Assembly (NCBI GenBank): GCA_030431715.1 | Contig: JAUIIO010000007.1 | Span: forward strand, 33,756-97,755 | Reading direction: 5' to 3' | Length of the DNA stretch: 64,000 nt | Source of the DNA: a bacterium | GTDB lineage: Bacteria > Bdellovibrionota_C > UBA2361 > RFPC01 | Shown: positions 45,549-54,674 of the stretch, piece after piece | Numbering within the stretch: position 1 is the stretch's first letter | Layout of the letters: each line of letters starts with the position of its first letter | Made by a program: the position numbers and the translations under genes | The notes under the pieces: model-generated | What the model saw: only the letters and a program-made list of their open reading frames with translations | Databases searched by the model: none | Told to the model about the DNA's origin: nothing

Positions 45549-47186
45549 TTACCTCAGGGGGTTATTTGTACGGTGGATGAGTTTTTCTATTCGTTTGAGA
45601 ATAAGCTTTTTCTTTGTGCCTTTTGAGCAGTAGTCATCGGCTCCAGCTGCGAGCAAATTGTACTCAGTATCTTCATCGTTAATGGCTGTGAGCATGAGTA
45701 CGGGAAGGTGAGTTCCTTTCGGTGAATTTCGTAGCTCTTTTACGAAATCTTCACCGTTCATGACGGGCATCATGAGATCACATACTATGAGATTTGTAGA
45801 GTCGTTCTTTAGCGCATGTAGAGCCTCTTTTCCATTTGTCGCAGTTTGAATTTCATATCCTTCCTTCTCAAGGACCATGGTAAGAATATCGAGCTGATCC
45901 TGATTGTCTTCAACTAAAAGAATTTTTGGTTTTACTGCCTTCGCTTTTGTTTCCTTAAAGAAGTACTCGTTGTCCAAGTTTTCAAGTTGTTCGCGTAGTT
46001 CAGCTTCAATAGGATTTTCTATATCTTGTCTTCCGGATCGATGAATAGCGGCGGCAAGAAATCCACTGCTAATACGTTTTACGGCCCCTAGAACCTCCTC
46101 GAAAGTTGTTACCTTTTGTTCAACCTTGGTGAGGCCATCTTCTAGCAGACTGCGTGCACCAGAGCGTGATGCAAGTTCAGATATCTGCGCAGCACTAGCA
46201 CCGTGCTCAAGGAGTTTATGAAGTTCAGGATTTATCTCAAGAGCACTTTGGAGATCTATCCAGCCCTGATACGCGCTGTGCTCACACACCTCACAACCTC
46301 TTCCAACCATATATTCGAAGTCTGAATCTGGTTGTAGTATTGGTGGTAGCGTTGTAATGAACTCACTTGAGATAGGTGTTCTTTTGGAGCATTTCTTACA
46401 AGATTGCCTTACAGAGCGACTCATAAATGAGGCAACAAGTAAGTTATAGAATCTCTTAATCGCTTCTTTCTCGTCTCGAAAGAGATTCCCCGTTTGCAAT
46501 ATAGCCTCAACAGAATCATCGCTATCGACGCCGAGAAGTATCAGGGATTCTTCTGCAAGTTCAAGTACTCGGGTGAGGTCTTGTGCTGTGCGAGCTTTAT
46601 AGCAGATTCGAGCATCGGGCCGGAGTGAATAGCACGTACGCAAAGCATCTTTTCCTGGCGTTCGTTCTCTATCAAAGTTACAGAGCACGATACCTTTTGG
46701 AGCAGCAATGATCTGTCCCAGTACGTTTGTATTATACTCAGCCTGTTGTTTTTGGAGGGTTTGAAGATCCGATTTTTCAGTTCTGATATCTTTAAAGAGG
46801 AGAACAGCCTCTTTGGTGTTCATCCGCTTCTGTCTCTCAACGGTGCAGCAAGCATAGGTATTAGCTTTGAGTTTCATGCGCAGCGTTTTGGGAAGAGAAG
46901 CGCTGGTCGCTCTGGTGTTGAGAGTTGTAGGTTCCGCAATTGTCTTTAGCTCAACGGAAGTTAGAATACTCTTCCAAAATGCCTGTGAGCAGGCGAACTC
47001 GCGTGAACTTAACTTCTCTCCTTTAAAGAATGTGAGGTGAAGAGCCTTTTCTTCCTTAAGGCTTAACTCTAATTTTGTTGCTTCTCCGCGGGTGGCCTCT
47101 TCTATGATGCGTGGGAGAAATTGCGAGATAGCGGTGCTCTCGATAGTGAGACTGCCTGAGCTCTGATTGTTTGTATTCGTATCCAT
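45549..47186 (-). CDS. degenerate GspE/PilB-like protein (NTPase motifs eroded) with intact C-terminal receiver domain
   Basis: Retains CKKC...GCEVCEHSAYQG and the GspE-like C-terminus LLEDGLTKVEQKVTTFEEV. Walker A region reads NFDRERTPGKDA and the His box is lost. REC: LLVEDNQD, IVCDLMMP, VLMLTA, YCSK. Confidence 0.75.
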   Translation of the reverse strand: MDTNTNNQSSGSLTIESTAISQFLPRIIEEATRGEATKLELSLKEEKALHLTFFKGEKLSSREFACSQAFWKSILTSVELKTIAEPTTLNTRATSASLPKTLRMKLKANTYACCTVERQKRMNTKEAVLLFKDIRTEKSDLQTLQKQQAEYNTNVLGQIIAAPKGIVLCNFDRERTPGKDALRTCYSLRPDARICYKARTAQDLTRVLELAEESLILLGVDSDDSVEAILQTGNLFRDEKEAIKRFYNLLVASFMSRSVRQSCKKCSKRTPISSEFITTLPPILQPDSDFEYMVGRGCEVCEHSAYQGWIDLQSALEINPELHKLLEHGASAAQISELASRSGARSLLEDGLTKVEQKVTTFEEVLGAVKRISSGFLAAAIHRSGRQDIENPIEAELREQLENLDNEYFFKETKAKAVKPKILLVEDNQDQLDILTMVLEKEGYEIQTATNGKEALHALKNDSTNLIVCDLMMPVMNGEDFVKELRNSPKGTHLPVLMLTAINDEDTEYNLLAAGADDYCSKGTKKKLILKRIEKLIHRTNNPLR

Positions 47187-47300
47187 TTTTTAAAACGCTT
47201 TTCCCCGGCATCCGTATTGGTAGTACCTTAGATCTTAGATGCGTACTTCTGCGGAGGCGTTCCAGAGAAGGTTCGAAAAAAAACAAATGCAATTAGAGGG

Positions 47301-47972
47301 TTAGGGGGAGAGGCGGGATTTCGTCCAGCTCTCTTTGCTCGTTTTCTTGTACAGGATGCGGTCGTGAAGTCGATTTAAGCGAAGCTGCCAGAACTCTATC
47401 TCAATGGGCTTTATCCTGTAGCCTGTCCAGTAATCAGGCCGGGGTATGGGTTGTTGCGCGAACTTTTCTTCGTACTCAATAACTTTATCTTCAAGCTCTT
47501 TTCTTGAGTGTAGCGTTGTGCTCTGTTCTGAAGCCCATGCTCCAATTTGACTTCGGCGTGGACGAGAGGAGAAGTACTGGTCAGCAGTAGAGTTGTCTAC
47601 GAATTCTACGTCCCCCTTTATCCGTACCTGACGCTGAGAGACGCTCCAATAAAAAGTGATAGAGGCTTTTGGGTGAGCTGAGAGGGCTGCTCCTTTTTGG
47701 GATTGAGTATTGGAGTAGAATACAAAACCTTCCTTGCTCCACTCTTTTAAGAGCACAATGCGTCCCTCCGGGTAATCATCTGTGCCGGTAGTCGAAAGAC
47801 ACATAGCATTAGGAAATTCACCGGAAAGTGATTTCTTCGCTTGGTTATACCACTGCTCAAATACCACAAATGGATCGGCATGAAGCGATTTTTGAGATAA
47901 TGGCTGGCGAAACCAGAGCGTTGGATGGGTGAGGAAAAAAAGAAGTTCGCGTGAAGTTGAAAAACGAGCCAT
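47301..47972 (-). CDS. pdxH: pyridoxamine 5'-phosphate oxidase
   Basis: RIVLLKEWSKEGFVFYSNTQSQKG, SRPRRSQIGAWAS, WTGYRIKPIEIEFWQ. Confidence 0.9.
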   Translation of the reverse strand: MARFSTSRELLFFLTHPTLWFRQPLSQKSLHADPFVVFEQWYNQAKKSLSGEFPNAMCLSTTGTDDYPEGRIVLLKEWSKEGFVFYSNTQSQKGAALSAHPKASITFYWSVSQRQVRIKGDVEFVDNSTADQYFSSRPRRSQIGAWASEQSTTLHSRKELEDKVIEYEEKFAQQPIPRPDYWTGYRIKPIEIEFWQLRLNRLHDRILYKKTSKESWTKSRLSP

Positions 47973-48023
47973 GGGTTGTTCTCTGTACCTGCTGCGTTCA
48001 TGTACGGTGAAACAGGAATCTTT

Positions 48024-48785
48024 TTACAGATGATAACGTAGAGAAGATGCTCTGCCCAGCCAATATGTACATATACCGACTAGATAGAGAGGAACCTGCG
48101 CTTGGGATGGGGTTTGGGCAATTAAAGTTAGATGACGCTTTGCATGCTGGAAGCAAAGATATAGAGCTTGTGCCTTACTGATGCCCCTCGTCAGCATGAA
48201 AGCTGTTACATAGGATGGTATGGAGTATTTACGGTCGTAATCAGAATCGAGAATGTCATCATACATTTGAATCAAGTACCCAAGGTGGAGCAAGCTAAAA
48301 ATATCTTCTTCAAGGGGAGTACGGCTTTTCTCTGTCGAGGTATTTAGGGAATCTACTGGGAGGGCGAACAGTTGACAGATGGCGTCAAAGATAGCTCTGG
48401 TTTCTCTTTCCCGCGCGGACAAGATCTCATTTGAATCAGTGAGTTTTTTATTCTGAGATTGCGATTTTATGATTCGTCGATAGCTGGGCAGTATTTGTAA
48501 GAGTCTTTTGCGAGAGCGCATTCTTACCCGTAGTGAAATATAGTGGTCATAATCAAAGCTTTTTCCGTCATAGTAACGATTTAGAAGTGAAGCGAAATCA
48601 GTGAAGAGAGCCGCGTCATTTCTTGCCCCGTTTGAAAGTGAGATGCCATGGAGTAAGGCGATGTAGTCAAAGGCAGAAATAAGTCCCGTTCTTAGAGGGG
48701 TAGCCGGGGATTGGGTGAAAAAGAAGCGTACATTTCGTAGCGTAAGTATGAAAGCGTATAGAGCGCGAACTGATTTTTGTATCAT
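48024..48785 (-). CDS. hypothetical protein with an isoprenoid-synthase-like Asp-rich motif
   Basis: LGYLIQMYDDILDSDYDRKYSIP resembles the second Asp-rich motif of trans-IPPS / squalene-phytoene synthases. No first Asp-rich motif seen. Start set at the Met giving a 94-bp divergent spacer. Confidence 0.45.
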   Translation of the reverse strand: MIQKSVRALYAFILTLRNVRFFFTQSPATPLRTGLISAFDYIALLHGISLSNGARNDAALFTDFASLLNRYYDGKSFDYDHYISLRVRMRSRKRLLQILPSYRRIIKSQSQNKKLTDSNEILSARERETRAIFDAICQLFALPVDSLNTSTEKSRTPLEEDIFSLLHLGYLIQMYDDILDSDYDRKYSIPSYVTAFMLTRGISKAQALYLCFQHAKRHLTLIAQTPSQAQVPLYLVGICTYWLGRASSLRYHL

Positions 48786-48879
48786 TCTTGTCTTGGGGGT
48801 CGGTATTTGACTACTATAGCTTTGGATGTGCTTGATTACCAGTAGCATCACCCTCAGATGCCCCAATTTGTAAGAGCTT

Positions 48880-49815
48880 ATGGCAGAGAATGTTCAGGAG
48901 ATTAAAGATCGCGCGATGACGCTTTCCTTGCTAGTCGCAATCTTTATGATTGTGGGGAAGTTTCTAGCATACTGGCTCTCTGGGAGTACCGCAGTTCTCT
49001 CAGATGCTCTTGAATCATTGGTGCATATCGTGGCTACTGGCTTTAGTGCTTATTGCGTTCGTTTTGCCTCTCGTCCTCCAGATGAGTCACATCTTTTTGG
49101 CCACGGTAAAATTGTGACCTTATCTATTGGCATAGAGGGTGGATTAATTTTTGTTACAGCATTATACATTGCAGTCAAAGCTTTGATGGCGATGTATTTC
49201 GGACCTGATTTACATGAATTAGGAATTGCTCTCTTTCTGACCGGTGCTTTTGGGGTGATTAACTTATTCCTCGGTACCTACCTTGTGAAGACCGGAAGAC
49301 GACTCAACGCACCAGCTATTATTGCTAATGGGAAACATGTTCTTACAGATATGTGGACAAGTGTTGTAGTTGTGGGAGGTCTTTTCCTTGTTTGGGTTTC
49401 GGGCGTTAGTCTTCTAGATCCCATTGCAGCTCTCCTTGCTGCAGCATGGATCTTGTACTCAGCTATGAAGATTTTAAAAGATGCAATTCAGGAGATGATG
49501 GATGAAGCGCAACCTGAAGATACAGAACGCTTAGTTACCCTCCTCGATTCTCTTGTAAGTAAAGGTGAGATCCATGAATACCACCAGCTAAGGCACCGAA
49601 GGATAAATGGGGAGCTTTCCATAGAGATTCATCTGCTTTTCCCAGATAATGACTCTGTTTTTGATGCGCACCATGAGGCGACCCATGTTGAACAGGTGCT
49701 CAAAGAGAGCTTTGGTCAGAATACACGAATCTTAACACATATAGAGCCACTTACGCACAGTGAAGCTCACCCTGAGGAATTTGAAGAGGGGATCGATCCG
49801 CTCTCTCAGCTTTGA
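48880..49815 (+). CDS. cation diffusion facilitator (CDF) family metal efflux transporter
   Basis: Six-TM layout, LSDALESLVHIVAT (TM2 HxxxD-type site), HLFGHGK, C-terminal cytoplasmic domain. Confidence 0.9.
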   Translation: MAENVQEIKDRAMTLSLLVAIFMIVGKFLAYWLSGSTAVLSDALESLVHIVATGFSAYCVRFASRPPDESHLFGHGKIVTLSIGIEGGLIFVTALYIAVKALMAMYFGPDLHELGIALFLTGAFGVINLFLGTYLVKTGRRLNAPAIIANGKHVLTDMWTSVVVVGGLFLVWVSGVSLLDPIAALLAAAWILYSAMKILKDAIQEMMDEAQPEDTERLVTLLDSLVSKGEIHEYHQLRHRRINGELSIEIHLLFPDNDSVFDAHHEATHVEQVLKESFGQNTRILTHIEPLTHSEAHPEEFEEGIDPLSQL

Positions 49816-50915
49816 GGATGTTGTTCGGATCCAAGAATATCAGTGATCATTTTCGTGGTCTCAGGAAAGTTCAGTGGCCATGAAAAACAGTGAAGCCCCT
49901 TCTGGCCTGTAGCGCTCGTTAGAGTCTTGTTGCAGTGTGGCGATGAGATGATAACTGGCGAAGTGGGATCTATGCTTTGAAACTTTGGGAACCACTCTAG
50001 AATATTTTCACAGTCACTTTTTCCGTACAGAAAAATCAGTGCGATCTTATCAGATTGCTGAGCGTACCAGTCGTATGCAAGCTCAAAACTTGCAAATGAA
50101 GTTATATTGATCTCCGCTTGCTGTAAGAAAGGACTGAGAGAGGAGTGAAGGCTTTCATCTGGATCAACAAGAAGTATATTCGCGTTTTCACTGATAATAG
50201 TGGTCTCTGGCTTTCTTGTAAGGAGTGAGACAAGAGGAAAGTCTAGGGAGAAAGAGCTTCCGATTCCTTCCTTAGAAGTAATGTGAAGAGTGGCATCGTG
50301 ACTCTCGAGTATTTTGCGAACATTTGTGAGTCCTTGGCCTCTTATGAGCCCGGTGCCTTTGGTTGAGTAAGCGCCTTTGTCGATTTTAAATAGGGTCTCC
50401 TCGCTCATGCCACAGCCTGTATCTGTAATCACGAGCTCCGCTCGGTTTTCTTCCTCGTGACTTGAGAGTTCTAGCGTTATCTTGCCAGATTCAGATATTG
50501 CTTGCTCAGCATTTACAAGAAGATTTAAAATTACACGTTTAAGCTGCACGCTATTTGCGTTGACACATATGCCAGCCTCTAGCTTAAAGTGAAGCGATAC
50601 CTCTTTTCTTAGACTTTCCTTAAAGAACTGACAGGCTTCTTCAGTTATTGCGCTGAGGTTTACAAGCTTCTGATTTAGTCCACGAGTAGTATCATAGAGC
50701 TGTTTTACGAGTTCACTTGCATCACTTATGCCACTCAGTAGGAGCTTGAGTCTCTTGTAATTACTTGAGCTCTTCTCAGTGTTGCGCAGGAGTGATTGAA
50801 GCGCACCGGTACAGCTCATAAGAGAATTGTTAATGTCGTGAGCGAGTGAGCGTATGCGGGAAGATTCCTCCCTATCGCACTCATTGGTGCTCCCCTGCGG
50901 GTCTGCTTTTTTCAT
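49806..50915 (-). CDS. soluble histidine kinase with C-terminal degenerate receiver-like domain
   Basis: H-box SLAHDINNSL, N-box LLVNAEQA, G-boxes DTGCGM / GQGLTNV. No TM segment. The C-terminal LLVDPDE...ALIFLYG block lacks the phospho-Asp. Confidence 0.85.
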   Translation of the reverse strand: MKKADPQGSTNECDREESSRIRSLAHDINNSLMSCTGALQSLLRNTEKSSSNYKRLKLLLSGISDASELVKQLYDTTRGLNQKLVNLSAITEEACQFFKESLRKEVSLHFKLEAGICVNANSVQLKRVILNLLVNAEQAISESGKITLELSSHEEENRAELVITDTGCGMSEETLFKIDKGAYSTKGTGLIRGQGLTNVRKILESHDATLHITSKEGIGSSFSLDFPLVSLLTRKPETTIISENANILLVDPDESLHSSLSPFLQQAEINITSFASFELAYDWYAQQSDKIALIFLYGKSDCENILEWFPKFQSIDPTSPVIISSPHCNKTLTSATGQKGLHCFSWPLNFPETTKMITDILGSEQHPQS

Positions 50916-51010
50916 AACTCCTTAGCGCGACTATGTACTGCTGCGCACCCTGTCTTCGTCTGGAGATATAATCGCCTGATTGTAATGAAAGGTTAATTAT
51001 CTGAGGTCAA

Positions 51011-51775
51011 TTATCTGACAAAAACGTACTCATCCTCAGCAGAAAGCGAGGGGACATAGGAGTATCCATTGACATTGAAGTCAATTAACTGCTTGGGATC
51101 TTTAGCTTTATTTACTATGGCCCAATTTGCCATTTCTCCGCGGGCTTGTTTGGCAAAGAGAGCCACTGTTTTAAGAGCTTTCCCCTTTTTCTCTTTAAAT
51201 ACGATATCGATTACAGGAGCTGTGAGCGCATCTTTATTGAGCGCCTTAGAATACTCCTGTGAGGCGAGATTAATAAGAACCTTTGATTTTGATTCCCTAA
51301 TATCTTTATTCAGGCAGCTCGTGGCAGCCTCGGTCCAGAACTCATAAAGATTTTTTGAGCTAGCGACTTTGAGTTTGGTTTTCATTTCAAGTCGGTAAGG
51401 TTGTATTCTGTCTAGAGGGCGCAATATGCCGTAAAGACCAGAGAGTATTCTTAGATGTTTTTGAGCATACTCAAAGTCGCGCTTTTTGTACTGTTCTAGG
51501 TGAAATCCTTGATATACATCTCCTCGAAAGCTGAGCAGAGCTTGGCGAGAGTTTGATTTCGTTAGGCTCTTTGAAAAAGCTTGGTAACGCTCATAGTTGA
51601 GCTCTGCGAGTTTCTTGCTTACTGAAAGTGTCTTTGCGAGATTGGTACTGGACTGCTTCTTAAGAATATCTACGATCTGTAGTGATTGCTTAAAGAGCAC
51701 TGGTTTTGTCGATTCGTCATAGGAGAGCTCGTCTTCAAAATCCTGAGTCTTTGATGGTGAGAGTAAAAAAATCAT
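51011..51775 (-). CDS. yaaA: peroxide stress protein YaaA (UPF0246/DUF328)
   Basis: MIFLLSPSKTQDFE start and ILSGLYGILRPLDRIQPYRLEM are typical of YaaA. Confidence 0.9.
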   Translation of the reverse strand: MIFLLSPSKTQDFEDELSYDESTKPVLFKQSLQIVDILKKQSSTNLAKTLSVSKKLAELNYERYQAFSKSLTKSNSRQALLSFRGDVYQGFHLEQYKKRDFEYAQKHLRILSGLYGILRPLDRIQPYRLEMKTKLKVASSKNLYEFWTEAATSCLNKDIRESKSKVLINLASQEYSKALNKDALTAPVIDIVFKEKKGKALKTVALFAKQARGEMANWAIVNKAKDPKQLIDFNVNGYSYVPSLSAEDEYVFVR

Positions 51776-51779
51776 GAAG

Positions 51780-52811
51780 CTATCCTCCCTGACGAACAAA
51801 CTTTCTTACGTAAGTATTATGTTCTTTGAGCGTTTTTGAAAAGTGATGCTTACGAGTTTGAATGTCTTCAACAACATAGTACATATACCCCATGTCTGTC
51901 GGTTGCAGAACGGCCTTAAGTGATGCCTTTGAGGGAGAGCAGATAGGAGAGGGCGGAAGGCCTGGGTGAATCCTCGTGTTATATGGGTTCCCCTTATCCT
52001 TTAGATGTTTACGTCGTATATTGCCATCAAAGTCTTGGATTCCGTATATGAGTGAAGCATCAATGGCCAGTGGTATGCCACGCTTTAATCGTCTCCATAT
52101 GACTTCTGATACGGCGCCGCGCTCATCAGGTCTTCCTGTTTCTCGTTCGATGAGCGAGGCAAAAGTCACCGCATCGTGGAGAGAGAGTTCTTTTTCACTA
52201 ATATCGGTGAGGTAGTCTTTTGGTAGTTCTTTCCAGAAGGTGCGCACCATTTTTTTAATTACCTCACGTGCCTCTGGTAGAACGATAAAATTATAGGTTG
52301 CTGGATAAAGAAATCCTTCGAGGCTGGTTGATGGTACTCTGAGTGCCTTTAGGAAATCCTTGTCTGTATTGAGCCGATGAAACTCCTCTTCCGATGTAAT
52401 GTTATCCGCAAGAAGTCGCTCCCTTACCTGTGCGACCGTATATCCCTCCGGGACAGTGAGTGAGTAAACAACGGGTTGGTAGATTTCCCCTTTTATAATG
52501 GTTGTAGCCACGTCTCTAGGAGAAAGAGGGGAGTGAAAGAGGTAACGACCGGCCTGAAAGTTTCGATAGTTTGAAAACAGGCGAACCCAATATTCAAAGA
52601 ACAGGGCATTTGATACAAGCTGTTGATCTTCAAAGATATGACTCAGCTGTTTAAGGGTAACGCCCCGAGGAACACGGATGTCTATAGGCTGCGTCAGTTC
52701 AATCGTGCTTGTTCCCCATGCCTTTAGGTATTTGTACGAAAAGGTCGCGGTAGCTGCAGTTACCAGAAGACCAAAGAATAGGAGAAGAAAAAATGTACGA
52801 CCAGCTCTCAT
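51780..52811 (-). CDS. mltG: endolytic murein transglycosylase MltG (YceG-like)
   Basis: N-terminal TM, ASLIERETGRPDERGAVSEVIWRRLKRGIPLAIDAS, YNTRIHPGLPPSPICSPS. Confidence 0.9.
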   Translation of the reverse strand: MRAGRTFFLLLFFGLLVTAATATFSYKYLKAWGTSTIELTQPIDIRVPRGVTLKQLSHIFEDQQLVSNALFFEYWVRLFSNYRNFQAGRYLFHSPLSPRDVATTIIKGEIYQPVVYSLTVPEGYTVAQVRERLLADNITSEEEFHRLNTDKDFLKALRVPSTSLEGFLYPATYNFIVLPEAREVIKKMVRTFWKELPKDYLTDISEKELSLHDAVTFASLIERETGRPDERGAVSEVIWRRLKRGIPLAIDASLIYGIQDFDGNIRRKHLKDKGNPYNTRIHPGLPPSPICSPSKASLKAVLQPTDMGYMYYVVEDIQTRKHHFSKTLKEHNTYVRKFVRQGG

Positions 52812-52883
52812 CGCCTCGACATGCTTGCATGAGCTACAAAGAAACTCAATGTGCAAAATGCTCTGATTAATGCTAAGTAGTAG

Positions 52884-53549
52884 TTGGGGAGTGATATTGT
52901 GGAAGAAAGTCCATTTCGAAGAACCATTACTGCTTTAAATGACTCGGGAGAACCTTACGTTATCGTTGGGGGCTTTGCTGTCGTGATGCACGGGGTGAGC
53001 CGATTCACCCCTGATATGAATATTATTGTGCCTTTTGAGCAGGGGAGTATTGAACGGATCTGCTCTACACTGGAGTCTCACCACTTTATTCCCTTTGGCT
53101 CGGTGACAAGGGAGCAGTTTCAGAACCCCTCTGAAAGGGAAAATCTAATTGAGAAGGGGCATTGGTTCTATACCTTTGTCGATGAGCAAGCCCCGACATT
53201 TCGCATCGATCTCTTCTTGCAGCATCCGATCCCGTTTGTAGAGTTACGCGATGAGGCGATGGATGTGTCCTTTCATGAAGGGGGTACGAAAGTTTGTAGT
53301 TTTGATCATCTTATGAAACTTAAGAGATTGGCGGATCGGGGGCAGGATAAAGTCGATGTTGAGAATCTTGAGATCGTTGAAGTGATTAAGAAGTTTGAAG
53401 GGGATGCCGAAAAAATACGTAACAATCTCCCTGCATCGGCACACGATCGAGTCGAGGACCTCATCTCCTTCTGTGCCTTATCGCCTGATAAGAAAGCCGA
53501 TTGGCTTCTTGATATGCTCACAGAAATTGGGAAATTCTGCATCGTTTAG
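52884..53549 (+). CDS. hypothetical protein, nucleotidyltransferase-fold-like
   Basis: YVIVGGFAVVMHGVSRFTPDMNIIV resembles the GG-x-A...G-x-x-R-x-T-x-D-x-D pattern of minimal NTases; weak call; TTG/GTG start uncertain. Confidence 0.45.
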   Translation: MGSDIVEESPFRRTITALNDSGEPYVIVGGFAVVMHGVSRFTPDMNIIVPFEQGSIERICSTLESHHFIPFGSVTREQFQNPSERENLIEKGHWFYTFVDEQAPTFRIDLFLQHPIPFVELRDEAMDVSFHEGGTKVCSFDHLMKLKRLADRGQDKVDVENLEIVEVIKKFEGDAEKIRNNLPASAHDRVEDLISFCALSPDKKADWLLDMLTEIGKFCIV

Positions 53550-53624
53550 CCCCAGTCTTTCTTTCTGAGAGATATTCAATTATAGTACGTTAGGAATTTT
53601 CCCTGTATTTTCGTATTCCTATCA

Positions 53625-54668
53625 ATGAAGCAAAATATCATTTTAGTTCTTTTCGGTTTAGTACTTGGATTGGCGGCTGTCGGAGTTTCGTATCCACTGC
53701 TTATGTCTTATATCCAATCGGTTCCGGAAGGGGCCTCTTTTGAATCTGTTGAAGATTTTCAGCGAGCGATGCTTCAGCGAGATGATCGGGATAGACAAGA
53801 AGGGGAGAATGTTAGTCTGCGAACGATTATCACTCCACATCCTGATGAGCAGGTCATGTATGATCTCCTGCCCGATCAACAGGTGCTCTTTCAAAACGTT
53901 CCTGTGCGTATAAATAGTTGTGGCATGAGGGGCCCTGAGGTCGACGTATCACGGCCAGACAAGACTTATAGAATTGCATTCCTAGGAGACTCCTTCACTT
54001 TTGGCTGGGGGGTAAATGAGGATGAGGCATTTCCTGAGGTGACAGCAAAGATTTTGCAGAAGAAGTTTCCGAATATTCATGTTGAAGCCTTAAACTTTGG
54101 CGTGCCAGGATATTCCACCTTTCAAGAGGTGGCGCTCTTTAAGGACAAAGCGCTTGATTTTAAGCCTGATGCCGTTGTGGTCTATTTCGTTCAGAATGAT
54201 TTTGGATTGCCATTCTTTATTAAGAACGTGCACCAGCCCGGAAGTGTTGTGACGAGCAGAGAGTTCTCCAAATCTGCGTGGGCTCGAGATGATAGCAAGA
54301 TAGAGGAGCAGGAGCATGAGCTTAATTCATGGCTTAATCCGAACAATGCGTTATTGTCTCTTGCCAAGCTCTTACGTAAAAATGGTATCGATCTCTATGT
54401 CGCGATGAATCCGCACCCGAGTTGGAAAAAGGATTTTAAGCGTCTAAAAAAAGCGCGTAAGAATAACTGGATAACATTTATTGGAATGCGGGGAAATTTT
54501 TTACGTATAATGAAAGCACGTGGCATCAAAGCAGATCAGCTGTCTCTTGCTCATGATCCTCACCCAAGTCCAGTCAAGCATCGTATTCTTGCCGATATAC
54601 TTGCATCAGAGCTCTTTCCATCTGTTGATACCTTTAATAATTCTGTTGCTCACTTAAGTCGTAGTTGA
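53625..54668 (+). CDS. membrane-anchored SGNH/GDSL-family hydrolase
   Basis: N-terminal TM; block I IAFLGDSFTFGWGV, block II NFGVPGYST, block V HDPHPS. Confidence 0.7.
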   Translation: MKQNIILVLFGLVLGLAAVGVSYPLLMSYIQSVPEGASFESVEDFQRAMLQRDDRDRQEGENVSLRTIITPHPDEQVMYDLLPDQQVLFQNVPVRINSCGMRGPEVDVSRPDKTYRIAFLGDSFTFGWGVNEDEAFPEVTAKILQKKFPNIHVEALNFGVPGYSTFQEVALFKDKALDFKPDAVVVYFVQNDFGLPFFIKNVHQPGSVVTSREFSKSAWARDDSKIEEQEHELNSWLNPNNALLSLAKLLRKNGIDLYVAMNPHPSWKKDFKRLKKARKNNWITFIGMRGNFLRIMKARGIKADQLSLAHDPHPSPVKHRILADILASELFPSVDTFNNSVAHLSRS

Positions 54669-54674
54669 GGAATC

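Noticed and set aside
50995-51018. 10-bp direct repeat AATTATCTGA x2 with 14-bp period between the yaaA stop and the kinase start
   Set aside because: It is short and AT-rich, and the second copy overlaps the yaaA stop codon. There is insufficient evidence for a regulatory site.
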